From positions 1 to 37,997 of the forward strand of contig CAZZBA010000005.1 in NCBI GenBank assembly GCA_964652765.1: DNA of 37,997 bases, given 5' to 3'. Every line of letters starts with the position of its first letter. Position 1 is the stretch's first letter. This stretch comes from an uncultured Victivallales bacterium (GTDB lineage Bacteria; Verrucomicrobiota; Kiritimatiellia; UBA8416). A program made the translations under genes and the position numbers. Positions 27,901 to 32,109 of the stretch are shown piece by piece. The notes beneath the pieces were generated by a model that searched no databases, had not been told where the DNA came from, and saw only the letters and a list, made by a program, of their open reading frames with translations.

Positions 27901-29363
27901 TTGAGGCGTTGACGTATGAAGTCTACAAGAATAATACGGTATATGGGTATGACTTCGGGACGCCGACCGCGATCCTGATCGCGATCGTGACCAACACGGT
28001 CACGGAAACACCGGTGGTTGTAACCGGCCATGACATCACCTATGCCTATGCCCGCAATGAGCTGGCCTGGACGATGGATCCGAATGCGACCTGGTACCAG
28101 ATGACGTTCCGGGCCAATACCACGAATGCAACGGTCAATCTTTCCGGTTCCCCGTTGCTACAGACCGGCCGCCGCACGGTGCCGTTCCGCGATGTGAACG
28201 ACCAGTACCGGGCGGACCTGCCGTTCTATGCAGGCGATGTCCGCGCTGATGGTTCCGTCTGGACGAATGGCCGCTACTGGGTCCAGATCACCACCGGCAT
28301 GCAGCTGGGCGGTACGCGGTCGTCGGCCTGGATGCCGTTCAACCTGGGTGTGCTCGAGCCGGATCAAAACGACGGCAAGAGCATGATCGAGGGCAAGCTC
28401 TACTACTTCGGCGGGCATGACTTCTTCAGTGATGACCTGCGTCGCGCCGGGGCGGTCTCGAACCGGATGCCGGTTGTCGTGCAGACATTCAGCAACCCGG
28501 GCTTCAGCGGGGTGCCGGATGCGCAGGTGACGATCAGCCCGGCGGCTTGGACAAACACGCAGTACCGCTACGAGGCCGTGTTCCAGCTCAAGGGGCTGCA
28601 CCGCGGCTCGCATTACCTGCGGGCGTTCGTCGATTCCAACGACAACGGGTTGCTGGACGATTGGGAGACCTGGGGATTCAACCGCGATACCCAGACCTAC
28701 TACGAGCCGCTGCGGGTCAGTCTCGAAAACGCCGATGCTATGCAGGTGCAAAATCAGATGGTGATCATCCGCGACCGTGATACCGACGATGACGGGTTGC
28801 CGGATATCTGGGAGTATGACAGCTACGGTACCGCCGATGACAGCTTCCTGACCCTGTATGGCGGTGAGTCGGCGGGTGCCAACAGCCTGTCGCTCGCGAG
28901 CCGCTGGCAGTACGGGTTTGACGCCTTCTCGGCGCTGGCGATTGTGGATCAGAATTCCAACGGCATCCCGGATGAGTGGGAACTGTACTACTTCGGCGGG
29001 TTGCTGGGCACCGGTGTGCATCTGAGTGATGCCGATGGCGATGGGATGACCATCTATGGCGAGTACATCAACGGGTCGGATCCGACGAATCCGGGTGACG
29101 GTCTCAGGCTATCGCCGTCGTCCCCTGTGAGCGGGACGCCAGTGCTGACCTGGAGCGCGGCCAACAGCACACTCAATTATCGGGTGCAATACACTGACTC
29201 GCTGATGGCGACCTGGACGCAGGACAACAACATCGCGAGATACAGCCGTGTGCCGATCGGAGGCGGGGCGTACAAGTGGACGTACACGGATCCGGTGCCG
29301 CCAGCCAGCGGCTCACGCTTCTACCGCGTGGTGGTTGTGCCGGGAACCAATCCGTATCCATAA
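12936..29363 (+). CDS. Giant (~5,475 aa) secreted protein: signal peptide, Ig-like/PKD domains, many TSP3-like DxDxDG Ca-binding repeats, seven LamG-like jelly-roll domains, bacterial Ig + YfaP/DUF2135-like domain, subtilisin S8, C-terminal beta domain
   Basis: Uninterrupted ORF 12909..29363. GGAG lies 8 nt before ATG 12936. Signal peptide ends in VQVQA. PKD motif YDFGDGS..THVY. LamG motif WT(V/I/L)x.W....DE.RIW occurs 7 times (degenerate in some copies). YfaP-like motif WD..GDLD.W..DP...LDIDD..G.GPENI. Complete S8 triad. Confidence 0.93.
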   Translation: MNTMKQTGVINKMVGSAWLLAAMLGLAVQVQAADPIPQSITVTSTPANGTHYAYGESMLVRVRFDRAIAVANGVVGTSPYVSLTISPTDATSNRATYLFEAGTDLFLEYVVQAGDFASPLATSGTLPLRVTGTTAIQDAAFPADTWNTSDNVPTAGTNALSAAGAVIRTVSITPATAVLLEGQTQLYTINRGGPRAIALNVSLTSSLPSVGAVPATVTIPAAGDQIQFSVTALSVGVSTITADAYPLLGAAANETSTLTVNAGPAPTFTILPPVTLYEGVNFDPTTYPYQGSGTIRLSRAPIAPITVTLTSSNPARLGFLGNVNTVTFLAGQTEKTFQLEGLGGNAAVQITGTATAPYVSDGVAASVSILNVPPVINSPADPWTIANNSEGRTVTFSWSGSDVAADIPNLQAYYDFGDGSNTGWLNGDAGTTTHVYNLAGTFGVTIRYRDQDGGEVTRTSVITIDPATEILLTEVVRGDPADPQIPPGYKGLPGLGQGGINDTLVETLKVAVPGPQTNVFTIKYSPTQPSVVLVASPFTSDIVTAGATNIYDSFFHVWIGEGFVSPGAIVPIANPTARLELNGQDRDIQGVFSREFAPRDNYGDIDNDALPDQWEELWWPEQLMFETPNRAANDDADFLPRGANANMAYPAGGGNYTPDGAGFGNVYEVRGLDIDLNAANSDTNPAGVILDEPQYTNDTREFFGTDPTVDDTDGDGFSDGWEYYFWVNAEFRGITGVSYNPGSPMQDGTIIPSTFIEAAFHPLVAGSQGADPDGDGLSNIEEYALGTDPINWDSDGDTMADGWEVFRNLNPHGDDAGGNPDGDYMAALGYDASVPRPAGPLLFSVHYYVYDLLQYDPRTGWSGTYTLRSRAGAALAPDTTAMLNIDEYALMQFWINENVVGAVTPGMWGRYSTNPQSNDTDGDGATDGWELYVHFDPSLNQAGLLWDVDMDGSFLQNEFAGVESSPNSGASLTIGSQTTAGTSTNATGVVTTNSTTTVVVVDSTPLTNINEPWWNKFWPSDPNNADTDGDFVGDATERAAFPVGPFLYTAPAEWNQDYIRGARAGGGLNPCSVDTDMDFIPDFWEVQYRYDRVQFMNPDGSTYPVGGMDGSIFDSRSGLTDLTGAEENYDYDSDGLNNYQEYYVNAMWHFNYDKWVSGLGNGAYPPAGLMQGAPLHWDWAIAANYWEQPIYEGMSPPFHTPFVFILPEPRPFVPAYASADPSMWDTDYDGMDDHYEMYYALNPLWSEQLDAIAKGAPATVMDIRVQPWAGGASLSDPDQDGIPNWEEAIFPSRPMPENLNSSPSPHWVTDTSYEQSWVNLYYQPLGHAWYWMEGLEGDPVYPYPAVVSLAAFPPTYVYSFANDEGYDTDNDNIPDRMETTGADNVGLTDLTDFDSPRLRKALYLDGDSAARTKFGVSHELNQLRSWTVELWVRSEEPVSPTGERQIIIERPLRGQPTDPMPAPELVRRTFRVGLEADGRPFAEYNNMGNELLSENVTGTGWTLQTNVWYHIAAVLDGDNSQFSLYVNGLLAARKGTALIPATGVIDGNPPLVLSAPIVIGAADRNPNGRVQNPVPGSVTPPDLHSHFKGWVDEIRVWHGGRTQEEVNASRMQRFTLDDVKHSMTNYAAAQAILEDLNPPDMGYQIYSNLPPVVLYHYAFDNLPDPKHDPIVPQHFELLNGRPSDGSYVGVPWWWQAPDRSRVYNDYRFIQWAENTASHVPALPLVNRFGNVVDYQYGVVQSSPFWTSPPWMTNTAPNATFVFPNKTYPSQNDYYSGLSALSEGGRSTTGLLPLWYAKADMDVPLWDNETPGTASYDSNGDGIADWWALSHGFDPFSTNSIADGDADSDGISNYWEYRIGSDPNAMYSLDPTGDRTDAEYDADGDGLSNLDETTVFMTDPSNPDTDDDGYNDGNEVKGWEPASADEYGIGPQVSSPVESLSPEVRRSFVAAGRNIEVPKSDRFAFLGIEELILPGPTVDITAPADGANIAVRFTDVTATITPFGPAIDSVLLYINDRFVASYGSVATFTDTVIIYSGENIITVYAIDTEGGVGSDTITVNGTFPRADIRVTQQWDVPGDLDTWLIDPQGRTMGFSPGSQLVVGPPNQPGEPIPGAQLDIDDIPGTGPENITLEEPNSIAGQYEVWMNNFSHGGNPLSTVRVLVLEGRGGEQYVEFGPQAMPISGMQNPDAWWHVTTITMPEGTMNPPGRPVLPPDNIEAPDVGITADNGWTIEAWVKPGTTNQTGAIASYNTRMGRKPFVVGLDANRPFVQVLSHGGTAYEAMGNAIATGVWTHVAFVYSSNDKTVRVHINGLLAAARTMLESRDENLGLLYMDTTVDRGSGALAFTDTLIDELRVWKVARDGGLIAAAMHEIQSPKDTLVAMYRFDDGGADIEDSRYPMDTAYDLGQGTIPDADRNAKPGVDGDRMTSDDVPFLAAGGLDGENDYVTSMDYAAVMGILDSDDDGIADWYEDMFGIPASSNVVGGLVAGADLDGDGLLNLFEFHARTNPNDDDTDADGVIDSEEDFDGDGVSNFDEQGLGTSPWLKDTDDDGVTDANEVAYGMSPTNSLSPVKELALQVSGSSESYVSVPPRIGLALSSWTVSANVYPESSTSGATLVAREVQSGQYTYRLGLDTNRVPYVSYTAGDGSNVMLRATGLRALPLYAWTTVAGSFSEITGDLRLSIDGVEVAHVNTAGRPKTFGLGPVRTTIGRGVDGYLDEVMIQDGAGMHQLHYNFNDGTHAAGTSGEVDWRHGQVEDRAALEGLESNWWLEWRDAGTLVNATFAIHPDEVVAIVDTDGDGMPDAWELANGLNPFNVDTDGDGISDAEEDADLDGLNNYYEYRAGTDPNNPQTVAGTYDRDADSDSDGLTNGDEQRYGADPGLADTDDDGMTDATEADQTAGRFTLPFASLSSTNGAGVLSLSANTQYVAMPDQLRLRLPGSWTVEAWVRMDAAFGGTATIIRRASGSQVNYELGLTAGVPYIRFVGVYNGTLNEQRMTAPAALTRTGHWYHLAGVYDRDAGELRLHVDGVPMTVAAVPAEAGGWGSDGIATTRVGEGFVGQIDEVRIWDLAATGAQLGGNAYRTHEHSDVSPVAYYRFDDFGTTVEDFAAPAKDWLTVWANAGDLVNGAIMQPSSDSPIAATVYTDEDLDGVPDFWEIAVSGSLIADGGSDADVDGVSLLNEYYARLHPAYASTFNDGVVDGERDFDGDGLSNSQENEYGTRPDKVDTDDDGVGDFEEVAGTRADGTLVGISNPLHGLDPAMSRGLTLDGASRMVVPPQGRHALSEWTLAAWIRPDSGSDGGAVLARTFSDRSVNYELGLTNDVGVLRPYVRYDSRTAGVITESRLAQDAAGTVIVNNPHGEFLWVAPETWTHLAATYSPSNMLLSLYIDGSLVATRTDTLRKPFTGAGDGIALAGELSIGGGALDDTGATVLKGFEGAIDDVRLSGIAMPASAIQQMMGGQIVVEVPSDGITNGTVRTAQQMAAMQPEVVPGEFLVGVRSRTDLAPVTAQIKAAGMVVARTYKSVAVMHVKVAGGDDMTARVEQIKNMGKVSYVEPNYKVRPYAVPNDPDFGRLWGLHNTGDNGGLDDADIDAVEAWDIKTGGNVIVAVIDSGLDTGHPDLAANLWVNTGETAGNGIDDDGNGYIDDVNGYDFGEGDNDPSNDIIGHGTHCAGTIGAVGNNGEGIVGVNWNVKLMACKFADAGGGLDLAAGIEAIEYAVAHGARVSNNSWGGYGFSQALYDAIRVAGESDHLFVAAASNDANDNDQNPAYPASYDLPNIIAVAATDRNDQIADFSNYGLTTVDLGAPGVEILSTLPLAGSQMGSTYGEAQGTSMATPHVTGAAALLLAIDPSLSALALKAALLDNADPIAALDGRCVTGARLNVFNAMPKGGGGGGDLVVRGLSGWFRFDDGGVTAEDSTLTANWANDWRYAGRLQGASTMTNAAAVLLTGDSDGDGLYDWWEETWGIDPFDASEAQGGSADPDGDGLSNQYEYLASLALMARGERGLNPLQADSDNNGVSDALEDSDGDGIANIHEQDIYRTHPGWADSDDDEHSDSDELTANTAPTDSASPYGSTALTFAGGSAAVNTVVVKDKVGTAFTERYSAKEWTVEVWINATGSIPSGVCPLVSRRTHATGRRNYEVGLTNGIPYAAFDGVEFGDAVVFPLGHVPIASNTWTHIAARFKLAEIPGRNELSLFVNGELHGMVQTGWQSATGPGDLVFGSAAFVGQLSNIRIWQIPRPDEQITGTKDSDLLGGSVAELAGYLDLPGTGHLKETATTLQGNGDGIDMLREDWTLECWVRTTATGGRLITRRNIGERTEDDFNYYLGLTQDGTLIGRFNMEYGVWVDGGLVFIWVSGVDPVINNIVGEIPVNDGQWHHVAYVRDANFCYLYVDGLLDTKQDRIIPPDIPNIIPFPDNYWRVRAAGGPAIFGEDLNGSLDEIRIWNRALPTDELQFVGDRNLSGNELGLVSYFNFDFQIGEQANERSILRDPESEYGIYIPDAVRVSGSSDGPTIIYDPTLAVKGVALNGMFLGNDGGMWVEDRTYRIGVAPFTGWQYAGVRGANVSYAQQQPMLWDLNKDSDGDGMPDWWESLYGFDPYSVSTTGNTQFGPYGDPDKDGLSNVAEYRAGTNPLIRDTMGRGFGDYDSRPSAFEPTFGQVFDDGDRIADSWEFLFMNKTPGTLNRSLDPAYYDAHLDPDEDRWSNYAEFIANTDPTAVHSYPTPPVQFNARYNGRYGDALEDLLPQREYTENIEAATAVFTYTLQSEQIIPKSFTLRFNIGPTRYVVYDTIDGNLVGGGIIDGTINHEIGTLAVNFNGDATDLEMTYLAPSEQNIRISIYDKPSMDGFPVATHLTGTAFTEVRQFETGRVVEGMNYVFAFVDINGDEEWDPAEEPAGIAEFNMGWGDWNEVEIPLTDDRQMRGFPRLVWDPVPAEEQAVTLGYMVIAKQGRDTLFTRYVENPLRTYLHEGDYLYAGMDGVGGDGSLEALTYEVYKNNTVYGYDFGTPTAILIAIVTNTVTETPVVVTGHDITYAYARNELAWTMDPNATWYQMTFRANTTNATVNLSGSPLLQTGRRTVPFRDVNDQYRADLPFYAGDVRADGSVWTNGRYWVQITTGMQLGGTRSSAWMPFNLGVLEPDQNDGKSMIEGKLYYFGGHDFFSDDLRRAGAVSNRMPVVVQTFSNPGFSGVPDAQVTISPAAWTNTQYRYEAVFQLKGLHRGSHYLRAFVDSNDNGLLDDWETWGFNRDTQTYYEPLRVSLENADAMQVQNQMVIIRDRDTDDDGLPDIWEYDSYGTADDSFLTLYGGESAGANSLSLASRWQYGFDAFSALAIVDQNSNGIPDEWELYYFGGLLGTGVHLSDADGDGMTIYGEYINGSDPTNPGDGLRLSPSSPVSGTPVLTWSAANSTLNYRVQYTDSLMATWTQDNNIARYSRVPIGGGAYKWTYTDPVPPASGSRFYRVVVVPGTNPYP
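23400..24600 (+). other. Subtilisin-like S8 domain with I9-like propeptide within the second giant CDS
   Basis: Triad: Asp codon 23769 (VAVIDSG), His 23937 (GHGTHCAGTIG), Ser 24435 (GTSMATPHV). Followed by a GGGGGG linker. Confidence 0.95.
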
Positions 29364-29374
29364 TAAACGTGTTC

Positions 29375-29450
29375 GTAGTACCGGCTTCAGCCGGAATTCG
29401 GAGGATGAGTAAGCGGTTTTGCCTATCGGGCCGCCTGAAGGCGGGACTAC
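29375..29450. repeat. GTAG-family REP inverted doublet (REPIN-like) just after the giant gene stop
   Basis: GTAGTACCGGCTTCAGCCGG (29375-29394) and CCGCCTGAAGGCGGGACTAC (29431-29450). Each has GTAG plus an internal hairpin, with compensatory changes between the arms. Confidence 0.8.
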
Positions 29451-29483
29451 AAACGGTGAGAAGAGAATGAATAAGGGAGTACC

Positions 29484-29555
29484 AGCCACAAAAGGCACAT
29501 AAATCACAAAAATCCTGCTGCTGTTCTTTGTGAACTTTGTGCTCTTTGTGGTTAA
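29484..29555. repeat. 72-bp palindromic element with 9-bp periodic CACAAA arms (copy 1)
   Basis: Arms CCACAAAAGGCACATAAATCACAAA and TTTGTGAACTTTGTGCTCTTTGTGG. 67/72 identical to 30636-30707. Confidence 0.9.
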
Positions 29556-29572
29556 TAAAGAAGGTGTTGATG

Positions 29573-29767
29573 ATGAAAGCGCACACCAAAATGATTTGCT
29601 GGCAGGACGATGAGTTCTGGCTTGGATACATGGAAGAGTATCCGGATTACATGACACAGGGGCTGACGCTAGCCGAATTAAAGGAAAACCTGCGTGACAT
29701 TTATTTCGAACTCAATTCAGGACGGATTCCTTGCGTCCGCAAGGAAGAGGAATTGGTTCTCGCATGA
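29573..29767 (+). CDS. hicB: HicB-family antitoxin (short form, no DNA-binding domain)
   Basis: Pattern WQDDEFWLGY..EYPDYMTQG.TL.EL.ENL.D is typical of the HicB partial RNase H fold. AAGGTG SD lies 6 nt upstream (ATG 29570 is an alternative). ATGA overlap with the next gene. Confidence 0.85.
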   Translation: MKAHTKMICWQDDEFWLGYMEEYPDYMTQGLTLAELKENLRDIYFELNSGRIPCVRKEEELVLA

Positions 29768-29943
29768 AGAATCGCGATTTGGTGAAACGAATACTTGATA
29801 TGGATTGCGTATTTATAAGGCATGGTGCAAATCACGATTGGTATCAGAATCCGCGAACGCGCATGGCTCAACCGGTTCCTCGACATCGAGAAATCAAGGA
29901 CGTGCTGGCAAAGAATATATTAAAGAAGCTACAGGATGATTGA
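29764..29943 (+). CDS. hicA: HicA-family mRNA interferase toxin
   Basis: 59 aa, basic. RHGANHDWY.NP......VPRH.EI...LA..I.K motif with the catalytic His. Translationally coupled to hicB. Confidence 0.9.
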   Translation: MKNRDLVKRILDMDCVFIRHGANHDWYQNPRTRMAQPVPRHREIKDVLAKNILKKLQDD

Positions 29944-30002
29944 AAGTAGGACAGGCATACTGCCTGTGAGCGGAGCCGAAGTGTCGACAAAATATAGAAA
30001 CA

Positions 30003-30063
30003 ATTCACCGCAAAGAACGCAGAGAACACAAAGAAAATATAAGGGAAGACGAGCCACAAAAGG
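30003..30063 (+). repeat. ~60-bp direct repeat, left copy, upstream of the DUF4160 gene
   Basis: Compared with 30588-30647: first 32 nt match at 29/32 and the last 22 nt (AGGGAAGACGAGCCACAAAAGG) are identical. Confidence 0.88.
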
Positions 30064-30071
30064 ACTTTGCG

Positions 30072-30329
30072 ATGCCGGAGATATGTAGATTTCTCGGGAT
30101 TATAATTACAATGCTGTATGATGACCACCGTCCTCCGCATTTTCATGCGGAATACGGGGAGTACAAGGTTAGCGTAGAGATTGAAACCAGTGTTGTTGAG
30201 GGACGGTTCCCGCCCCGTGCTTTGCGGGCGTTGTTAGACTGGACGGAAATCAATCGCCAACGCCTTCTTGATGATTGGGCACTTGCGGAAAAGCACGAGG
30301 CATTGAAGAGAATACCGCCATTGGAGTAG
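30072..30329 (+). CDS. DUF4160 family protein (putative DhiT-type toxin)
   Basis: MPEICRFLGIII.M.YDDH.PPHFHAEYGEY...W...N...L..W.....I.PLE is the characteristic DUF4160 pattern. Confidence 0.9.
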   Translation: MPEICRFLGIIITMLYDDHRPPHFHAEYGEYKVSVEIETSVVEGRFPPRALRALLDWTEINRQRLLDDWALAEKHEALKRIPPLE

Positions 30330-30331
30330 TC

Positions 30332-30580
30332 ATGCTTGAGGTCGTTGACGCAAAATACCTATCAGGATTCACAGTTCACCTGGCTTTCAGCGATGGTACC
30401 GAGGGGAATGTAAATCTGGCGGACTCTTTGTGGGGACCTGTATTTGAGCCCCTGAAAGATGAATCTTTTTTTAAGCAGCTTACTTTGTCGCCGATGCTTC
30501 ACACGCTTAGCTGGCCGAATGATGCCGATTTCGCTCCAGAACATTTGAAGGCAAAAATGGTTGAACAAGGCAAGAAGTGA
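30332..30580 (+). CDS. DUF2442 family protein (putative DhiA-type antitoxin)
   Basis: V..A.YL.GF.VHL.FSDG..G.V.L...L.GPVFEPLKD...F....L.WPN.ADFAPE.L. GGAG SD lies within the end of the upstream gene. DUF2442 is the usual partner of DUF4160. Confidence 0.9.
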   Translation: MLEVVDAKYLSGFTVHLAFSDGTEGNVNLADSLWGPVFEPLKDESFFKQLTLSPMLHTLSWPNDADFAPEHLKAKMVEQGKK

Positions 30581-30587
30581 ATACAGG

Positions 30588-30742
30588 ATTCACCACAAGG
30601 AACGCAGAGATCACAAAGAGGGAAGAGGGAAGACGAGCCACAAAAGGCACATAAATTACAAAATTTCTGTTGCTGTTCTTTGTGAACTTTGTGTTCTTTG
30701 TGGTTAAATATACGTGTTCGTAGTCCCAGCTTCAGCCGGAAT
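30588..30742 (+). repeat. Composite repeat block: 60-bp repeat (30588-30647), 72-bp CACAAA palindrome copy 2 (30636-30707), GTAG REP copy (30712-30742)
   Basis: Matches 30003-30063, 29484-29555 (67/72) and 29367-29397 (29/31) respectively. Confidence 0.9.
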
Positions 30743-30860
30743 GCCGAGCACAAGGAATTGAGAGCCACAGAAAAAGAAATTGTAAAGCATATGTAAACTG
30801 CGGTATTGTTGAAGAACTGCGGTCTAAACGTTGAGACGAACGATGAAGGAGAATGGATCC

Positions 30861-31874
30861 ATGAAAAACCCCGTTAAGTCCCTGTGTGCCGGTGCCCTTT
30901 TTGTCGCGGCCCTTTGTACGGTCGGTGTGTTCTCGACCGGCTGCGAGTGGGAGTCGAGCGGTAGCGAAGGCTCCTGGAACGATTCCATGAGCTGGGTCAA
31001 CTTCAGCGGGCTCTACCGCAGCGGCAGCGGCTCGCGCCCGTTGGTCTCGAATTTCTCGCTCAGCAGTGGTGGAACGGGGGATACGGATCCCGAGACCGGG
31101 AATGAGATCGAATATCCGGTTGCTGGTCAGGAGGGGCCTCTCAAGTCCGGGCCTTTTGTCGTGATCGATGATGTTATCGATTTCCAGAACCGCGGGGCTG
31201 CGGGCTGGACGCTCAAGCGCGGCAGTATCAATATCACGATTACCGGAACGAGCACTGGCCCTGTTGGATCATTCACGGATAACGGTTCAGGCATACTTGC
31301 CGGCACCTATTCGCAGGTTCCAGGCGGGCCTTCGTTCAATGGGACGGGGACGGTAAATTATGATACCGGTGCCTGGTCAATAACGCTTTCGGGTAATGAC
31401 CCTTTTGTCCAGGAGGCCAGGGTTGCTTACACGTATGTCGTCCTCAACGATCCAGACGTATCAGGGGGTGGTGGCGGAACGGACGAGGATCCGCCCACCA
31501 GCGGCGACTGGGTCTATACGCTGCAAGTGGTGCAAACAGGGAATCGTCTCAGCTTCACGGATAACCGCGGGTTTGTCTGGGAGGGCGTGCTAAGTTCCGT
31601 GACGACGCCGGGCGGTGATGATTCCGGACGGTCGCCGGGAGACGTGGTGGGTACGTTCGAGGTCAAGGGCGTTACGGACGCGCGCTACAAGATCACCGGC
31701 ACCTTCAGCGGCAGCTACGAGGTGGTGGCACAGGAAGATGGCATCTCCTATGGCCAGATGACCTTGCGCCGGATTCAGGGTATCTGGATGGAGCCGACGG
31801 GTAATGGCGATCTCTACGGCGAGACCTCTGACGCGGAGCAGGCCGCAGTGACGACCACGACCACTGCCCAATAA
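30861..31874 (+). CDS. Putative lipoprotein, beta-rich, unknown function
   Basis: AAGGAG SD lies 9 nt before ATG 30861. Signal peptide ends in lipobox-like FSTG/C. Gly/Thr/Ser-rich beta-strand pattern. Confidence 0.8.
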   Translation: MKNPVKSLCAGALFVAALCTVGVFSTGCEWESSGSEGSWNDSMSWVNFSGLYRSGSGSRPLVSNFSLSSGGTGDTDPETGNEIEYPVAGQEGPLKSGPFVVIDDVIDFQNRGAAGWTLKRGSINITITGTSTGPVGSFTDNGSGILAGTYSQVPGGPSFNGTGTVNYDTGAWSITLSGNDPFVQEARVAYTYVVLNDPDVSGGGGGTDEDPPTSGDWVYTLQVVQTGNRLSFTDNRGFVWEGVLSSVTTPGGDDSGRSPGDVVGTFEVKGVTDARYKITGTFSGSYEVVAQEDGISYGQMTLRRIQGIWMEPTGNGDLYGETSDAEQAAVTTTTTAQ

Positions 31875-31888
31875 GACTCCTCCGGGAT

Positions 31889-31971
31889 GGACGGGTTGCG
31901 CCCAGGCCACCGCGTTGTAAGTCCTGCCTTATGGGAGGGACGGGTTAAACCCCGTCCGCGGCGTTGTAAGT
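31889..31971 (+). repeat. Two imperfect 34-bp direct repeats GGACGGGTT-N15-CGTTGTAAGT
   Basis: Copies at 31889-31922 and 31938-31971. The second contains the hairpin GGACGGG-TTAAAC-CCCGTCC. Confidence 0.6.
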
Positions 31972-32109
31972 TATCGGTATGCAAGTCGATAAGTGTGTGC
32001 TAATATAGCACCGGACAACCCTGCCTGTCGAATTCCCAGGGAAAAGGGGTCCACGGGCGGGACGGGCGTGTCCGTCCGCACCGCAGACGTTCCGCGATCG
32101 AGGTGTCAC

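Noticed and set aside
12936-29363. RTX/T1SS adhesin or autotransporter
   Set aside because: The repeats are DxDxDG, not GGxGxDxL nonapeptides. A Sec-type signal is present and there is no C-terminal beta-barrel signature.
29375-29450. Rho-independent terminator for the giant gene
   Set aside because: The hairpins lack a following U-tract and are better explained as a REP doublet, though they may still stabilise the mRNA.
30636-30709. Integron attC site
   Set aside because: One copy ends in GTTAAAT (fits GTTRRRY), but there is no matching RYYYAAC at the left end, the other copy does not fit, and no intI is present.
29367-30742. CRISPR array
   Set aside because: The repeats are of several types, irregularly spaced and separated by whole genes; there are no cas genes in the window.
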